Shown here: one piece after another, positions 38,501 through 51,071 of the stretch
Position numbering within the stretch: position 1 is the stretch's first letter
How the letters are laid out: each line of letters begins with the position of its first letter
Assembly: GCA_001244265.2 (NCBI GenBank)
Contig: CDLV01000005.1
Location: 310,001 to 374,000 of the forward strand
Direction: 5' to 3'
Length of the DNA: 64,000 bases
Source of the DNA: Microbotryum violaceum
Taxonomy: Eukaryota
The notes under the pieces: generated by a model
Database searches by the model: none
Told to the model about the DNA's origin: nothing
The model's input: the letters and a program-made list of their open reading frames with translations, nothing else
Position numbers and translations under genes: made by a program

Positions 38501-39402
38501 TCCTGCCACGCGTTGAAGATTGCTTGCAACGCAATCACAATGACGAGGACGACGGCCAGGACCAGGTTCGAGGTCTGCGGATTGGGGTTGCCGAGCGGTT
38601 TCCTAAAGTGTGCATGGGCGCCACATCAGTCTCGAGGTAACAACCGAGGAGCAGCCCATTCGAGACGCACCATGAAAGGAAACAGATGACTGTGCCACCC
38701 GCGAGGAGAGACCCGAATCCACCAAAGATGTAGAAGAAGATCTGGAGTCATTGCACAGGTGGCGCGAGCGAGGTATGAGGGATTTTCCAGAAGGGGGAGC
38801 ACGCGGCCAGAAGAACAGTTTGGGAGGTCAGCGATCATCCACTACGTACTTCGTACTGATTTCCGTACTTATGCGCCACGTACCTTCTTGGGCAAGTTAC
38901 GAGGAGGGGGCGAGATGACGTTCTTGCCGTTCTTGGCGAGCCTGCGTTGGGCGACCTGGGTATCGAGGCCGACGACTGGGGAAACGCCCAAGCGTGTGCA
39001 GACTTCTTCGGTGGGCAGGGTGTGCCATTCGAGCTCCGCAAGATCTTGAATTGCCTTTTTCTTGTACGTCTCGCGCCCTTGCCGTGTTTCGGTGACTTGA
39101 ATGCTAAGCGTGCCGTAGACGACGGGCAACTTGTGATGAGGATTCGTGCGTACGGGGCCGCTGGTGAGTGAGATCGAGTTGGTGCGGGAGAGGGTGCGAT
39201 GGTTTTGTCGCGACAAGGGGTGGGCGCCGAAATGGGTCGAACGAGCCACGGGGAGCGTGGGCATAGAGCTCAAGGTCGCGAACGTGCGATGCGGTCGAGC
39301 ACCTTTCTCTACGTCGGCGGCTTTGGAGGCGGCGTCGAGGTCACCCTTCTCCGTGAACGAGTCAGCGTCGCCGCCGGAGCTGAAGGTCTGTGAGGGACTC
39401 AT
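35598..39402 (-). CDS. P-type cation ATPase resembling Na/K- and H/K-ATPase alpha subunits (possible fungal ACU-type K+/Na+ uptake pump)
   Basis: Motifs FDRSILTGES, IAFIPEGLPVCVTLSL, CSDKTGTLTQNRM (phosphorylation site), GDATDTGL, FNSKNKF, VKGAPDVL, MM|VTGD, FARTSPQQKL, VTGDGCNDAPALKQAD and YLLPAGSFSE. Confidence 0.9.
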
Positions 39403-39618
39403 GGTGAACTGGCTAGTACGAAATTCGAAGTGAAGGGGGAAGCGTATAGAGACCTGAAGATAGTGGAAGGAGGTCGAAAGGTGAGGAAGCCATTCGAACC
39501 CCCACTTGCCGTGGCGACCTCGTGTCCGGAAATTGTTGCACTGGGGCTAGGAAAAGGGGCACAGCGGGGGGCGGTGTCCACTCGCCTGGAAGGAGGGACG
39601 CGCGCCGAACGCGAGCAG

Positions 39619-39636
39619 CCCCCCCCCCCCCCCCCC
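39619..39636 (+). repeat. C18 homopolymer upstream of the P-type ATPase
   Basis: Direct observation, about 220 bp upstream of the ATG at 39402. Confidence 0.9.
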
Positions 39637-40626
39637 GCTCAAGATCACGTTTATTTTCCCGGGAGCCTGACAACTTGTGGGATCGTGCTGAGGGTGTTTC
39701 ACTTCCTGGGCCCTAATCTAAGCTGGAGTGTCATTCGTCCATCAAGTTGCACATGCAAGCACACTCACTTGGCGCCCGGTAGCCCGCTGTCTCGCTGAGG
39801 GTGTTTCGCCTTGCGCTTTTTGGATCTGACATGCCTGCTATAGACCGCGCCTCGCCTCGCCCAAATCAGGCCTGAGGTATTTTCTCGATCTCATCAGGAA
39901 ACCCGACTACCAAGCAATTCCCATTGATTCAAAACCTTCTTTTTTCCAAGAAGAACGCTAACGGTCAGCTACACATTATCACAATGAAGTCCCTTCTTTA
40001 GAGCAAGGGAAGTGGGCATGCAGCGGCCGCCCGTGGTTGAGGGGATTTGGCTGAGAGCACGTGAAACGAAAGGCCGACAGACCCCTTATTACACACCCAG
40101 AGGCGCGTACGAGGGCAGGGACGGCGCCGGACACTCGGTGACTCGGAGACTCGCCGCTGGATCGGAGGTACTTTCCCCACTTCGTGAGCATATGGCCATT
40201 TGAGGTATTTTGCGTACCCAGTGTTGTTGATCACGAATGGTGGTCAGACAGCGCAGCTGGGACGGCTACTAGTACTAGTATGCTTCGGATCGCGGCGAGC
40301 TCGAGGCTGCTGCGCGCTCGGACGAGTTGATGCACAAGAGTCACAATTCAGTCGAACTCTGTTGATTGGTCTGCATCCAGGAAGTGATACAAAATTGCAT
40401 GAGTTTCAACACTCACGAATCCGCCTGCTGGAGAGAAGGCTGCACGGGCTGAATAACTCTATCAGCGATTTCGCCCCGCTGTAGCAATGAGATGTTACCG
40501 AGCTGCTAATCCCGATTTGCCAGGTGATCAAGGAAGTAATTGTCCAGTCGCTGCGCTCCCCCCACTCGAGCTCCCGCACTACACCGACCCGGACACCACC
40601 ACCACTCAACACCTCCCAGCTTGAAC

Positions 40627-41684
40627 ATGGAAGGTGAGCTCCCCAAACTGACACCCAGGAGTGGCCCATCGCAGAGCCCACCGGCTGACGAGGCACGGCG
40701 TTGACACTGGCCACGTTGTAGTCGCTTTCGGCATCACGGGCAAGGACTATGTGCTCTTCGCGTCGGATACGTCAGCGAACCGCTCGATCGTGCGCATGAA
40801 GGCCGACGAGGACAAGCAAAAAGTCATTGGCAAGCATCTCGTTATGGCGTGTAAGTGGCTACCATCACACCCCTGCCCGAGCATGTGTGGGACGGGAGAG
40901 CTGACGACGACGACGATTCACCTGATGGGGATGACGACGCGTGCCGACATGCGAATGACCGTACACCTCCTGCAGACATGGGCGAGCCGGGAGACACAGT
41001 ACAATTCGCAGAATACGTCGAACGTAACCTGAGGCTGTACCAGATTCGGTACGTGGCGCCAGTCTGCTGACCTGCCAGCTAGCAACGGGAGCGCTGACGA
41101 CACCAACCCCTTCCACACCGACCCGCTGGCTTCTCTTCCTGTCATCTTGGGTCACCGATGATTTACTTTGCGTATACAGAAATCACATCCCATTACGACC
41201 CGCATCCGCCGCATCATGGACGCGGAACCAACTCGCCGCCTCGATTCGCTCGCGCAAGCCGTACGCGGTCCAACTGCTACTCGGTGGCTTTGACCCCACG
41301 ACCAGCTCGCCCGAACTGTTCTGGATCGACCTGTACGGCACGCTCGGAACGGTCCCCTACGCCGCACACGGGTACGGCGCCTACTTTTCGCTGTCGACGA
41401 TGGATCGGTGGCATTCGCCCGATATGGACTTGGCACAAGGCTTGGACCTGTTGAGGAAATGCGTCGACGAATTGGAGAAGAGGTTCATCGTCAACCTCGG
41501 CACGTTTACCGTTCGAGGTCAGTATCTTGTTCTTCCATGTCGTTGCTGCGAGGTGGGGTGACCTGCACGAGAGACTCAGCTGGCTGAACCCAGTTGATAT
41601 TCTTCTTTTGGTCCAACAGTGGCCGACAAGGACGGGGTACGTCAGGTTGATCTCAAGACAGGAGAAACGATCGAAAAGATCTAG
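40627..41684 (+). CDS. PRE1: 20S proteasome subunit beta type-4 (beta-2 family)
   Basis: A 7-nt first coding exon (ATGGAAG, 40627-40633) spliced to 40722 gives MEVAFGITGKDYV. Then GEPGDTVQFAEYVERNLRLYQIR, PYAVQLLLGGFD, WIDLYGT, PYAAHGYGAYFSLSTMDR and ELEKRFIVN. Stop TAG at 41682-41684. Confidence 0.95.
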
Positions 41685-42001
41685 ACTCCTCCTCTTACCA
41701 CTCCGAGCATGATCATGAAATTCGATGTACCTGTACGAACCACATTGGGGAATCGGCGAGCGACAGCCCATCTGCTGGGGTCTATTGCTGCGATTTGGAG
41801 ATTCACGGGTGTTAGGATGCACTTGCTACTTCCGGTCGGTTCCTCTACATGACGTCGAGATTGACATTTCAGTACGCGGCTTCATCTAGGCGCTTGAAGG
41901 CGCCACTAAAAGAAAGAATAGAATTCACAATGCATAAGGTAACAAAAACGAGCCCAGTCGGTACAGTGAGAAAGCCTATAATGAAGCCATAGAATCACAT
42001 A

Positions 42002-44574
42002 TCACGAAGACCAACGAGATGGAGTAGCAGGCCTAAGACTTCTCGTCAAATCGAGCAGGACGGCTCCACCGTGTTCCCACAACCCTTCCCCTACCTCGGC
42101 GTAGCAACGATCGAACTCGGGGTCGGCCGAGACGAGCTCAAAATGCTCGAGCGTGAAGGATTTGACGACTTCGTAGACTTCGGGCCAGAGGTAGTTTGAG
42201 AGCAGCATGGGGAAAGCTGTGCGCGGGGTAAGAGTGTAGACGATCTGCTCCAACGCAAGCTTTTGCAACACCGGGTGGCAGTAACGATGCGCGATGCGGT
42301 ACATGGACAGAGCAGAAGCTGAGAGAACACAAGCGCATTCGATAAGCTTTCGAGGGGTCTCGTAAGCGTGAGTTATCTATCTGGGGACTGACCGGGTTCT
42401 TGCACACCAGCAGAGTGAGGATGAGGGTCCGTCGGCTCGAGCACGTCGCAATGACCCGAGGCAGACTCGGTCGCAATTGAATGCGATCCGACCCCAATAG
42501 ACCTGCGACTTGTCGAAGGCCTCGAGTTTGAAGGTGGGGAGCGACCAGGGGGGCCGAAGAGAGGTGAGATGCGTCCCGCCGCCGACATAGCTCGAGAAGG
42601 GGACGGCGGCGCGCCGATCGTCTCGTCCGACCCAGCGCTAATAGGAGGCTTGGGACACACGGGCGAGATTCCCAAGGCAAGGCGGCCCTTGGCTTGGGTC
42701 CTAGAGGGCGGAGGAGATCCGGTCTTGCCCGATCTGCGGTTATCGGTGGTCTCTGGAATATCACTCAAAGGTCGGTCGTCTCTGCCAGAAGTCTCGGCTA
42801 CCAAGCTGTGGTCCGACTCGGCCCAACCTTCCGCTTCTTCCACCGTGAACGACGCCCAGTGCAGGCGCTCGGGATGGGGACCAAGCCAGCCCAAGGGCAG
42901 CTCGTCGAACAGACGCGAGCGCACGTCTTCAGCGTCTTGGAACATAATCTCATCCGTGTACAGGTAGTGCAGGAGCGTGTAGACGGTGTTGAAGTCGAAG
43001 TCTTCTATCTTGAGGACGCTGCGCCTGCGCATACCCAGCGTCTGGTTCACGCTCGTTTCGGACCACCCTTCGGTGAGGAGGCTGTCAAAGTACGAACACT
43101 GTGCTTTGAGAATCGCACTGTGCGCATAGATGACCCTTTTCCGAAAATTTGTCGACGGAGCAGCGACCGCCGAGCTGTCAACGGTAGTAGAGGCAACGGT
43201 GATGGAACGCGTTTCGTCGGCATCGCTGGGAGTCCGCATCACGACGGGGAGACACTCTGCGACATAGATCATGACATCCCCCGTCACTTCATCGTCCACC
43301 AAGTTCTTGACGCCCGCTAGAAGCGACGTCGGCACGGGGTGCGCGTCACGGATCTGTGGCGCGAAGGATGCGATTGGCGAGCCGATTTGCACCGTGAGCA
43401 CGAACGCGTCAAGCTCGCGAATCCGGTCACTTCTGTCCAGCAGCGACTGCAGGGATGGAAGCTCGGTCGTCTCGTAGAACTCATTGTCGTGAGAAAACTG
43501 AAACTCGTCGACCCAGTGGCGCCAGAGGTAGGTTTCCGAGCCACCACGCTTCGACGCTTGTTGCCTCGGCTCGCGTATTCCCAGCATCAACTGAGTGGGG
43601 ATCACATCAGGCGAGTACGATGTTTCGAGGAGATGGCACGAAAGGAACAGAGTGAGCTTGGACGAGATGTTGGGACTCTGTCGGCGCAAGAACTCGACCC
43701 TCCAACGCTCGCCACCAAAGTTAGCACTCAGCAGTTCGATTCCCGTCGAGCCCGCGCCGCTACCGTGATCGGCTTGACGGTCCCGATTGGCCGAGCCGGC
43801 ACTGGTGGACTCTGTCTCCGTGGCAATCCGGGTGGCCTCTGCATGGGCCGCGACATCGGCGATTGTGAATTCCACGCCCTGCGGATTCAAAAGCGTGGTC
43901 GTACGTCCTCAGCTGATACTCTCCAGACCTTGTGCGCAATTGTGTACACGTACAAAGAAGGTCCATTCGTTCACAGCGTCCTCCGCCTCACCTAAAGGAT
44001 TCGCGAAGCCGTTCCCTCTGGACAGCCGAGACTGGACGTCCGTTCTTGGTATCGAACCAGCAGTACTTCCGGGTTGGGTGGTATACACAGAGCTCTGTCG
44101 TCGAGAATTTGCTCCAGATCCCGAAGCCTGAACGATGTTGCGATTGGTGAACCCGCCCAGGAGTGCCGACTGTGTACGGCGATCGGCGGGTCGAGGGGAA
44201 GATCTTGCCGAGACGATCGACGCCGGTGGTGGTGAGACACCGAGTGGTACTGGTGGGGAGCCGACGAGGTTGGTCGACTGTGGGCGAGTCTGGTTCGGGA
44301 TCGACATGGAGGGCGTGCCCGTAGAGACGGGGAGGGGAGTTCCCAAAGCTGGGAATCCATGTCCAAACCTTGGAGCGTGTGCTTGGCCTGCTGATGCCGA
44401 CGTGCTCGATGTGGCGCCTCGAGCACGACTCGCTGGGTCCGGGATTGAGTAGGCATAGGACGGTACGATGCGACCTCCAACGCCATTCGGCACTGACCAC
44501 GGGTAACGAAGGGGCCTATCGACTATGGGATTACCGGTGGCATCTAGCCCGGTAGAGCTGGAGAATACCGACAT
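42002..44574 (-). CDS. BTB/POZ-domain protein with N-terminal MATH-like beta domain (probable Cul3 adaptor)
   Basis: BTB core TGDVMIYV...RKRVIYAHSAILKAQCSYFDSLLTEGWSE...IEDFDFNTVYTLLHYLYTDEI. C-terminal DPHPH|ASALSMYRIAHRY...LQKLALEQI. N-terminal FGGERWRVEF...KLTLFLSC. ATG at 44574. Confidence 0.82.
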
Positions 44575-46225
44575 CGTTGACTTAAGCCGGAGCTGGCGCA
44601 ATGGTCGGTGGGGGGCGATGTGGGGGTTGATCGAGCTGGACTGAGCTGGAACCTGGAGCAAAGGTTACACGCCTTGCTCAGGGGAGTGCACCACGACAAA
44701 CAGATCTAACGCGAGTTGAGATACGCTTGACCAGACACAAGATGGCCGTGCAGATGGGGTGGCCAAATGACGATGGCGTGATACGAAGGCAGGAGACACC
44801 GACTGGGGGTCCCGCCACGCGAGGCTGTGAGGCCGCACTGCCTAAATGAGGTCCGTAGTCACGAGACGCGCTGTAGTCAGCAACATCATCGAGTGTGCCA
44901 TAATTCAAGGACTTTATCCTACGTGCAAAGCCTCTGTCCTTCCGGTGTAATGTGCTTTGTTGCTTACGAGCGGCCAACACACAGAGTCGACACAGACGCC
45001 GTGTCAAGATCGAGAGTTGAACGTTTGGCCGGAAGCGAAGGGGACTTGAGACCAGTCCGCGCCTGAGTTAAGCTGACCTCCGTGGGGATGCGCTAGGGAA
45101 CAAGCTCAAGGCCAGGGAGATCGAATGGGACCAAGTCAGCTTCAAAAACCTTCACTAGGAGCAAGGCCAAAGAGCTGCTTCGCACTTGCCGAGGCTCGAT
45201 GGATGCTTTCTGCTCGCAGGGATGATTCAGTTGGGTTCAACGAATTCCGACCGACCGCCGATGGGCGATGGCTACGATGCACACTTGACGATCAACAATC
45301 TCTCGCGCCACATCATACTCTCTCACTTGCTACTCGTCATAATCAAGACCTCTCGTATGCCCGGCGCCGGCGTGCGCATCTTCACCCTGTCGTCACTCGT
45401 CAGACTCGGAGAACCACTGGCACCGCCTCACCTTGGAGGTCCGAGCTTGAGTGTGGGGCCTTGCGTTTAACCGACGATGAAGAGGTCAAGACGGACACTG
45501 GACCGAGCAGCTTGTACGTCAGGACCAAGCTCAGCAAAGTTTTGTTCATCAAGGTCAGGTCTTTCGTGCCTTGAGAGGGGGGGGGGGGGAGATTGCATGG
45601 TCATTACTTCGAGTCAAAGGGCGCGACGTGACTCAGATGAAAGAATCTTTGCCCTGGATGCCACGGGCCCTCGTGCAACGCTACCCCCAAGAGACTTGCC
45701 TTTGAGACTCACACCCGCGCGGTCATGACATGTAATTAGAACCACTTTAAGGACGCGTACAGGCAGATCCTCGGCACCGCGCTCAAGGTCGCCGCCCGCC
45801 TGGGGCCAAGTTGACCTGACCAAGGAGCCATCCCAATGCTGTGGGCGGGGATTAGCGCTTCACTGCGTGGGGATGGCAAGTACGAAACTGAGAGTCACAT
45901 TAACGGGGCCAAGAACGACGGTGGCGAGACGAACGAAGGCTAGGATCGAGACGTGATTTTGAGGCATTAGGGGTTGCCTCCGTTGTCGATGGGGACAGAT
46001 GACTGCTGGCCTCGTTCCCTCGGCATTCGATCGACAAGTTGAACAGTTTGAGCACGCAAGTCATCAAGAAGGCCGTCCGTAAAGAAGGGCTCGGTCTCTG
46101 GACGGCTTGATCTCATCCCCGTCTTTTGCAGCTCTCCTTTTCGCATGTTCCGCTTCCCGCATGATTGTCGCGTTCGTTTGACATTACATGATATCTGTTT
46201 GGTACACCGCCGCAACTTTCCCCCT

Positions 46226-48739
46226 TCACGTCCACAAGTAGATCACACTCAACCTCAACCAGGCCCAAATGATTCCCACACTGCAATAGAGACTCGTCAG
46301 CATCAGAGGCAGAAACTCCATCGTTGATTCGGCCGCGACTTTGGCGAGTGGTTCGGCGGCGCACGCTGGTCCGCCCGGGGATCCGCAGAGCATCGCCGTA
46401 CCGTTCACGATGTGGGTCGGGAGAGAGGTGACGATTTGGGCGGCAGCGGAAGAGGCTGAAGGAGCGCTGAAGAGGATGCCGTGAAGGACCTCGGTATCTG
46501 CGGAGTGGACCCGAATGTGTGGCGATCAGCCAGGGATCTTTCATGCAAGAGAGAGTGTGAATAGGCAACTTGCAAAGGTGCAGCACGGCAAAGCCAGCGA
46601 GGTACAACAACTCGCCATAGTGGATCAAGACAGACATGAGGTTGGGCAAAGGTCGGTACACGACCTTGCGGACGGCGGGGAAGACGATCGCGGCCCAGAG
46701 CAATGAGTAGAGGACCTTGACGGGCGTTTCGTTGGGTTTGATCAGGAGCGGGAATAGGGAGTAGACGCCGGCTGTGGTTGCGACGATAAACGCTCGCAGG
46801 TGGTGTTCGTCCTCGGCCGCTGTCAAGCTGGGGATTGCGATATCACGCTTCAAATTTGGTACAACGAAGGCTTTATGCAACGAGTTGCGCCACCCACCTC
46901 AAGGGGACCAAGAATAACAGCACGGCCTTCTCGTGCACGTGCCATCCCCACAAGAAGCTCGTAAACGCCGACAGCACGAGCGAGTCCAAGAAGCGCTTGT
47001 ACGTCGGATCGACCCACAGCTTGGCCAAATAGATCATCGAAAAACTCAAGGTGATCGTGAAGCATAGGCCTGGCGTCACGGTTGGCAGAACACCGAAGGT
47101 CGTCTCGCCGACGATCCCTCGAGACGCTGAGGCAATGGCGTCGGGAGAGATGGGCCAGCCCCTCTTCAGCAAGTACTTGACGAGCACTCGATCGACGGTC
47201 GATACGATCGCCCATACGTTCCCCGCCCAGTAGGCGTGGTTCAAGCCGCGCTGGAAGGGGAATAGTCGAGAAAAGATTTGTCGGATCGCAGAAGGACCTC
47301 CTGCGAGGAGGAAGGGGCCAAATGAGACGGCAAAGACGGCGGTGACGAGAGCGCCAAGTTCGACCAGCCGATCAGAGAGGAACCCTATGAGAGCGCAGTA
47401 TCTGAGTCAGCTCCTTGATGTTCTTGCGTGTTGGCAACGGGGGGGAGGGCGCGGGGGGGGGGGGGGGGGGGGCAACTGACGACCGCTCGAGAAGCAATGT
47501 CTCCGCAGCAGGAACACAAAGTAAGGTGGGGCGAGGTAGATGAAGATGTGCTTGAAATTGAGCAATACGGCGAAAAGAGCTGCAGAAAGGTAAAGGTTGT
47601 TCTGTTGTAAAGCCGAGACCAAGACCGAGATAAGGTGTGTCACACATGGTTGAGCGGATCGTCGGACGCATCGAAAGATGGGGCAAGTGGGGCCCCAGAA
47701 CTGACCTCGCGAGCTGCCACGACACTCCACAGAAGGATCCCGAGCAAGAAACCGTTGTACTAAACAAGTGAAAGAGACCCCTGTTCAGCTAGTGTACATA
47801 CGTACTTTTCCTCGGCTGGTCCTACTGACCTGGAAATGGATGTGATCGACCATGATCAATCCCGGATGGAGAAGGACCGAGGCGGCGATGAGGAACGCGG
47901 TCGTGTGATCGGGCTTTTTAGACCGTCTCGACCACCTGTGTACAGACACAAGCGGTCAGCAGTCAGTAGCACTTTGTGTACGTGGATTCGGCAAAAAAGG
48001 GCACAGACATGAGCAAAGCGGTGGCGAGAACGAGCTCCGAAAGGACGACGGTTGTTCGCTGGAACGCGACGACGGACCATGCGGCGTACTCGAGGTTGTC
48101 GAGCCGTACGATTTGCGGATCGACGATGTACGCGAAGAAGGCGAGGAAGCGCTCAAAGTAGGCGAAAAGGGGGGGATAGTCGAGCGTCCAGATTGAGGTG
48201 GTCTGAAGTGGGCGAGGCGCAGTGGTCGTCAGCGAGCGCACGTCGACCGCGTCGAACGACGGGTCAGGCGACGACGTACATCGTAATACCATTTTGAGAG
48301 TGGGAGAGAGTGCGTGATCGCTAGCCTGACAGAATGAACCCTGTCATGAGCCTCGGATGGCAGACGACACGTCGGGCTGGCGACGAGCTGTCCTCACCAA
48401 TTGCGATGCACTTCAAAGTCTGTCGAACGGCTGGAGACGAGATCTCGTATGAGTGAAAACCAATCCCGACCCCCGTACGAAAATGTGAACTCACTAGGCG
48501 GGAAAGAGCAGCAGCTTGACGAGCAAACTGACGAGCAGCACGTCCCGTTCCGACGACGACAGTCTCCACCACCGCTGTCCCTGGACATTCCCCGGCGGCG
48601 GCGACGACACCGGCGACTTGGACCCATTCATATTCATACCGGTCCCAGTATTCGACTCGGCCTTGAAATGCGACGGTGTGGGGGGTAGCGGCGGTGGCAG
48701 GTCACGTGGCGCTCGACTCTTTCGCGATCGCGTCGACAT
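46226..48739 (-). CDS. ALG8: Dolichyl-P-Glc alpha-1,3-glucosyltransferase (GT57)
   Basis: Motifs [93 protein letters not shown] and [13 protein letters not shown]. Confidence 0.95.
47453..47473 (+). repeat. G21 homopolymer (C21 on the ALG8 sense strand) inside an ALG8 intron
   Basis: Run of 21 G, preceded by G7 at 47439-47445. Confidence 0.9.
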
Positions 48740-49804
48740 GATCGTCCTGGATCAGGCTGAATCGCCCTCCAAACTCCACGGCCGGACGGAGACAAACATC
48801 AGCCTGAGAGCGGGGCCGGGCACTACATGGATCCGGCCCGAACTAGTAGTCGCTCGAACCGGAAAAGTCGATGACATCAGACAGTTTCGTATTCGTACCT
48901 CCTTTTCTCCCACTGCTCGGAGGTTTTTGGGAGAATACAGATAACATCTACTTCATCCGTCTTCCCCCGCTAATCAACTCTTCCGATCCCTTCGCCGAGA
49001 TGACCTGCTTTGCTTGCAAGTGCTTGCGCGGCCGCCGTGGGGCTTTTTCGGAATCGTGATTTTCCTCGCATCTTTATCGAGGCCCACTTCATTACGTAAA
49101 CCGAATCTCTCGAGCCGGTTGGTTCTGTCCCAATCACTGCGCGTTCTGGTTGCCGATCGACTGTATCGAGTAAGTGGCTTTCTGGACGAGTTTCGTCTCT
49201 CCAAAATTATACCGCTGAATTTGGTTCAGGACATGGCGTGGTACTCGAGTCATCATCGACCCAGGGAATCATCGGTTAAAGCCCAACTAGTCTACTGTAC
49301 CTTCGATGCTCTGAACCCATTTGATGGGATACCCACCCTCCCCTGGCTTCATTCAGCAAGCGCGCCCACTCGGAGGCCTCACTGCACTCTCGACTCAGCT
49401 TGCAGATGCAGCCCCCCACCCCCACTCGCGAGACCTGCTTCGTTGCGAGCCGAGTGCACGTTGAGCTGAGGGTGAGTAGGAGCAGGGCGAAGACCATGAT
49501 CCACGAAAAGTGATCAACGGGACTATACAAGGTATGGATATTTAGCAACCGAGTGAGCAAATATGTGGGAGACATGGCAGGAACGTGCGAGCCGGCGTGG
49601 AACCGATTGAAGGGCACGTGAAGCTCAGGCTGAGGTCGGCCAAACACCCTTCAAGTTCGGAGCAGGCTGAAATGGAATCGGATTGAGTCCATACCGGTCA
49701 AGCTGACAAAGACTCTTGAAAGCGAATGCGTGTGCACATTGATGTTCAACGATGCACCGGTACGCACCGGCGTGCAGTAGCGTGCAATCTCGGACTCTCG
49801 GCTG

Positions 49805-49838
49805 GTCTCGGCAGGTCTCGGCAGGTCTCGGCGTCTCG
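49805..49838 (+). repeat. Short tandem repeat (GTCTCGGCAG)2-GTCTCGGC-GTCTCG upstream of the DUF1772-like gene
   Basis: gtctcggcaggtctcggcaggtctcggcgtctcg. Confidence 0.75.
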
Positions 49839-49951
49839 AAAAGGCCTCGAAAAGCCCCGAACGGATGGCGCGCTGGCTCAGGCACCGCCTCTCCCCCACC
49901 CCCCACCTTCCCCTTTCGCTCCACCGTAACTCGCCCCTACACCGTGACACC

Positions 49952-51071
49952 ATGGCAAGTGCACCTGAATCGTAGCAAAGACTATCCGTTAGCTGACACG
50001 CTCATATGGAATCACAAACAGTCTGCTCATGATGCACCCTTCGTTGCGTGGACCCGAGCCATCGCCGCCGTCGGCTTGGGTCTCACCGCCGGATACACGA
50101 CCTCCATCGTCAGTTCTAGCTGCTTTTGGTCTGTAATGATCAGCCATCTAACTCGCTTTACTCTTCCTACACAGTCTATCTCGTCGATGAAGAATATCTA
50201 CCGCGTGCCGACGCTCAGCCCGCGTGATCGACTCGTACGTTGCCCGCTTAGAATCCACCCCCCCACCAACCTCCCACCTCTCTGCTGCACAGGGGCAACA
50301 ACTGAGACTAACCACTCTGAAGCCATCCTCTCGACCCCGCATTGATTCCCTCTCCTTGTAGCATCTCTGGAGCTTGACCTTTGACAGTGGAGCGGCCTTG
50401 ATGAGACCTTTGATCCCCTTGCTCACCACTCTGCTCGCGACGTCGGCCTACTACGCTACCAAACCGGCTCTCTACGTGCCCCACAACTGGATCGCCTCCC
50501 AACGCCGGGTACATCCCCAGACTTAACGCTTGGGTCAAACCGTCATAAGCTGCCAACTGATCTGATGCTCCTCCTTCTTCTCCCGTCGTCATGCCAAACC
50601 CTTGAATCGTTCACTGTGGGGGTCGCAAATATACTATCTCACTCACAGGCCGTCCTCGCCGTCAGCGCCGCATTGACGCTCTTCAACTTCCCCTGGACGT
50701 TCCTCACCATCCTCCCCATTGTCAAGAAGCTCAAGGTGATTGAGGCCAAGATCGTCAAAGGTCAGTCGCCGGACGAGGAGGACAAGAGCTTACAGCGATC
50801 CGCAAGAACTGATTTATCGTTTGGTGCTTCTCCTGCAGAGAGCAAGGACGGCGATGCTATCAGCACCGGCGACAGTAAGTCTTCCTCCACTTGAATATCT
50901 CGCCTCTGCCATGATCGAGCGGCAGCTAACAACAGGTCTCTCTCGCCCTTCCGCCACCCTCTCCTCTAAGCCGATTACGACATCCAATCCTGGACCAAGT
51001 TGCACCACGTGCGCTCGCTCGCGTGCACGTTGGCCTTCACCTTGTCCGTGCTCGAACTTGTCTCGGCATAA
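49952..51071 (+). CDS. Small multi-pass membrane protein, DUF1772/anthrone-oxygenase-like
   Basis: Spliced product: M|SAHDAPFVAWTRAIAAVGLGLTAG...HLWSLTFDSGAALM...FPWTFLTILPIVKKLK...IQSWTKLHHVRSLACTLAFTLSVLELVSA*. It has about four hydrophobic segments and a W-x2-L-H-x-V-R end motif resembling DUF1772. Confidence 0.65.

Noticed and set aside
30309-40626. PLD and P-type ATPase as members of the nitrate regulon
   Set aside because: Their upstream regions show no GATAR cluster and no CCGA[A/C]ACGG. The single motif copy at ~37465 is inside coding sequence.
44700-46100. Short ORFs (e.g. 45125-45574) in the BTB-ALG8 gap
   Set aside because: They have no recognisable domain or coherent splice structure, so I treated the gap as intergenic.
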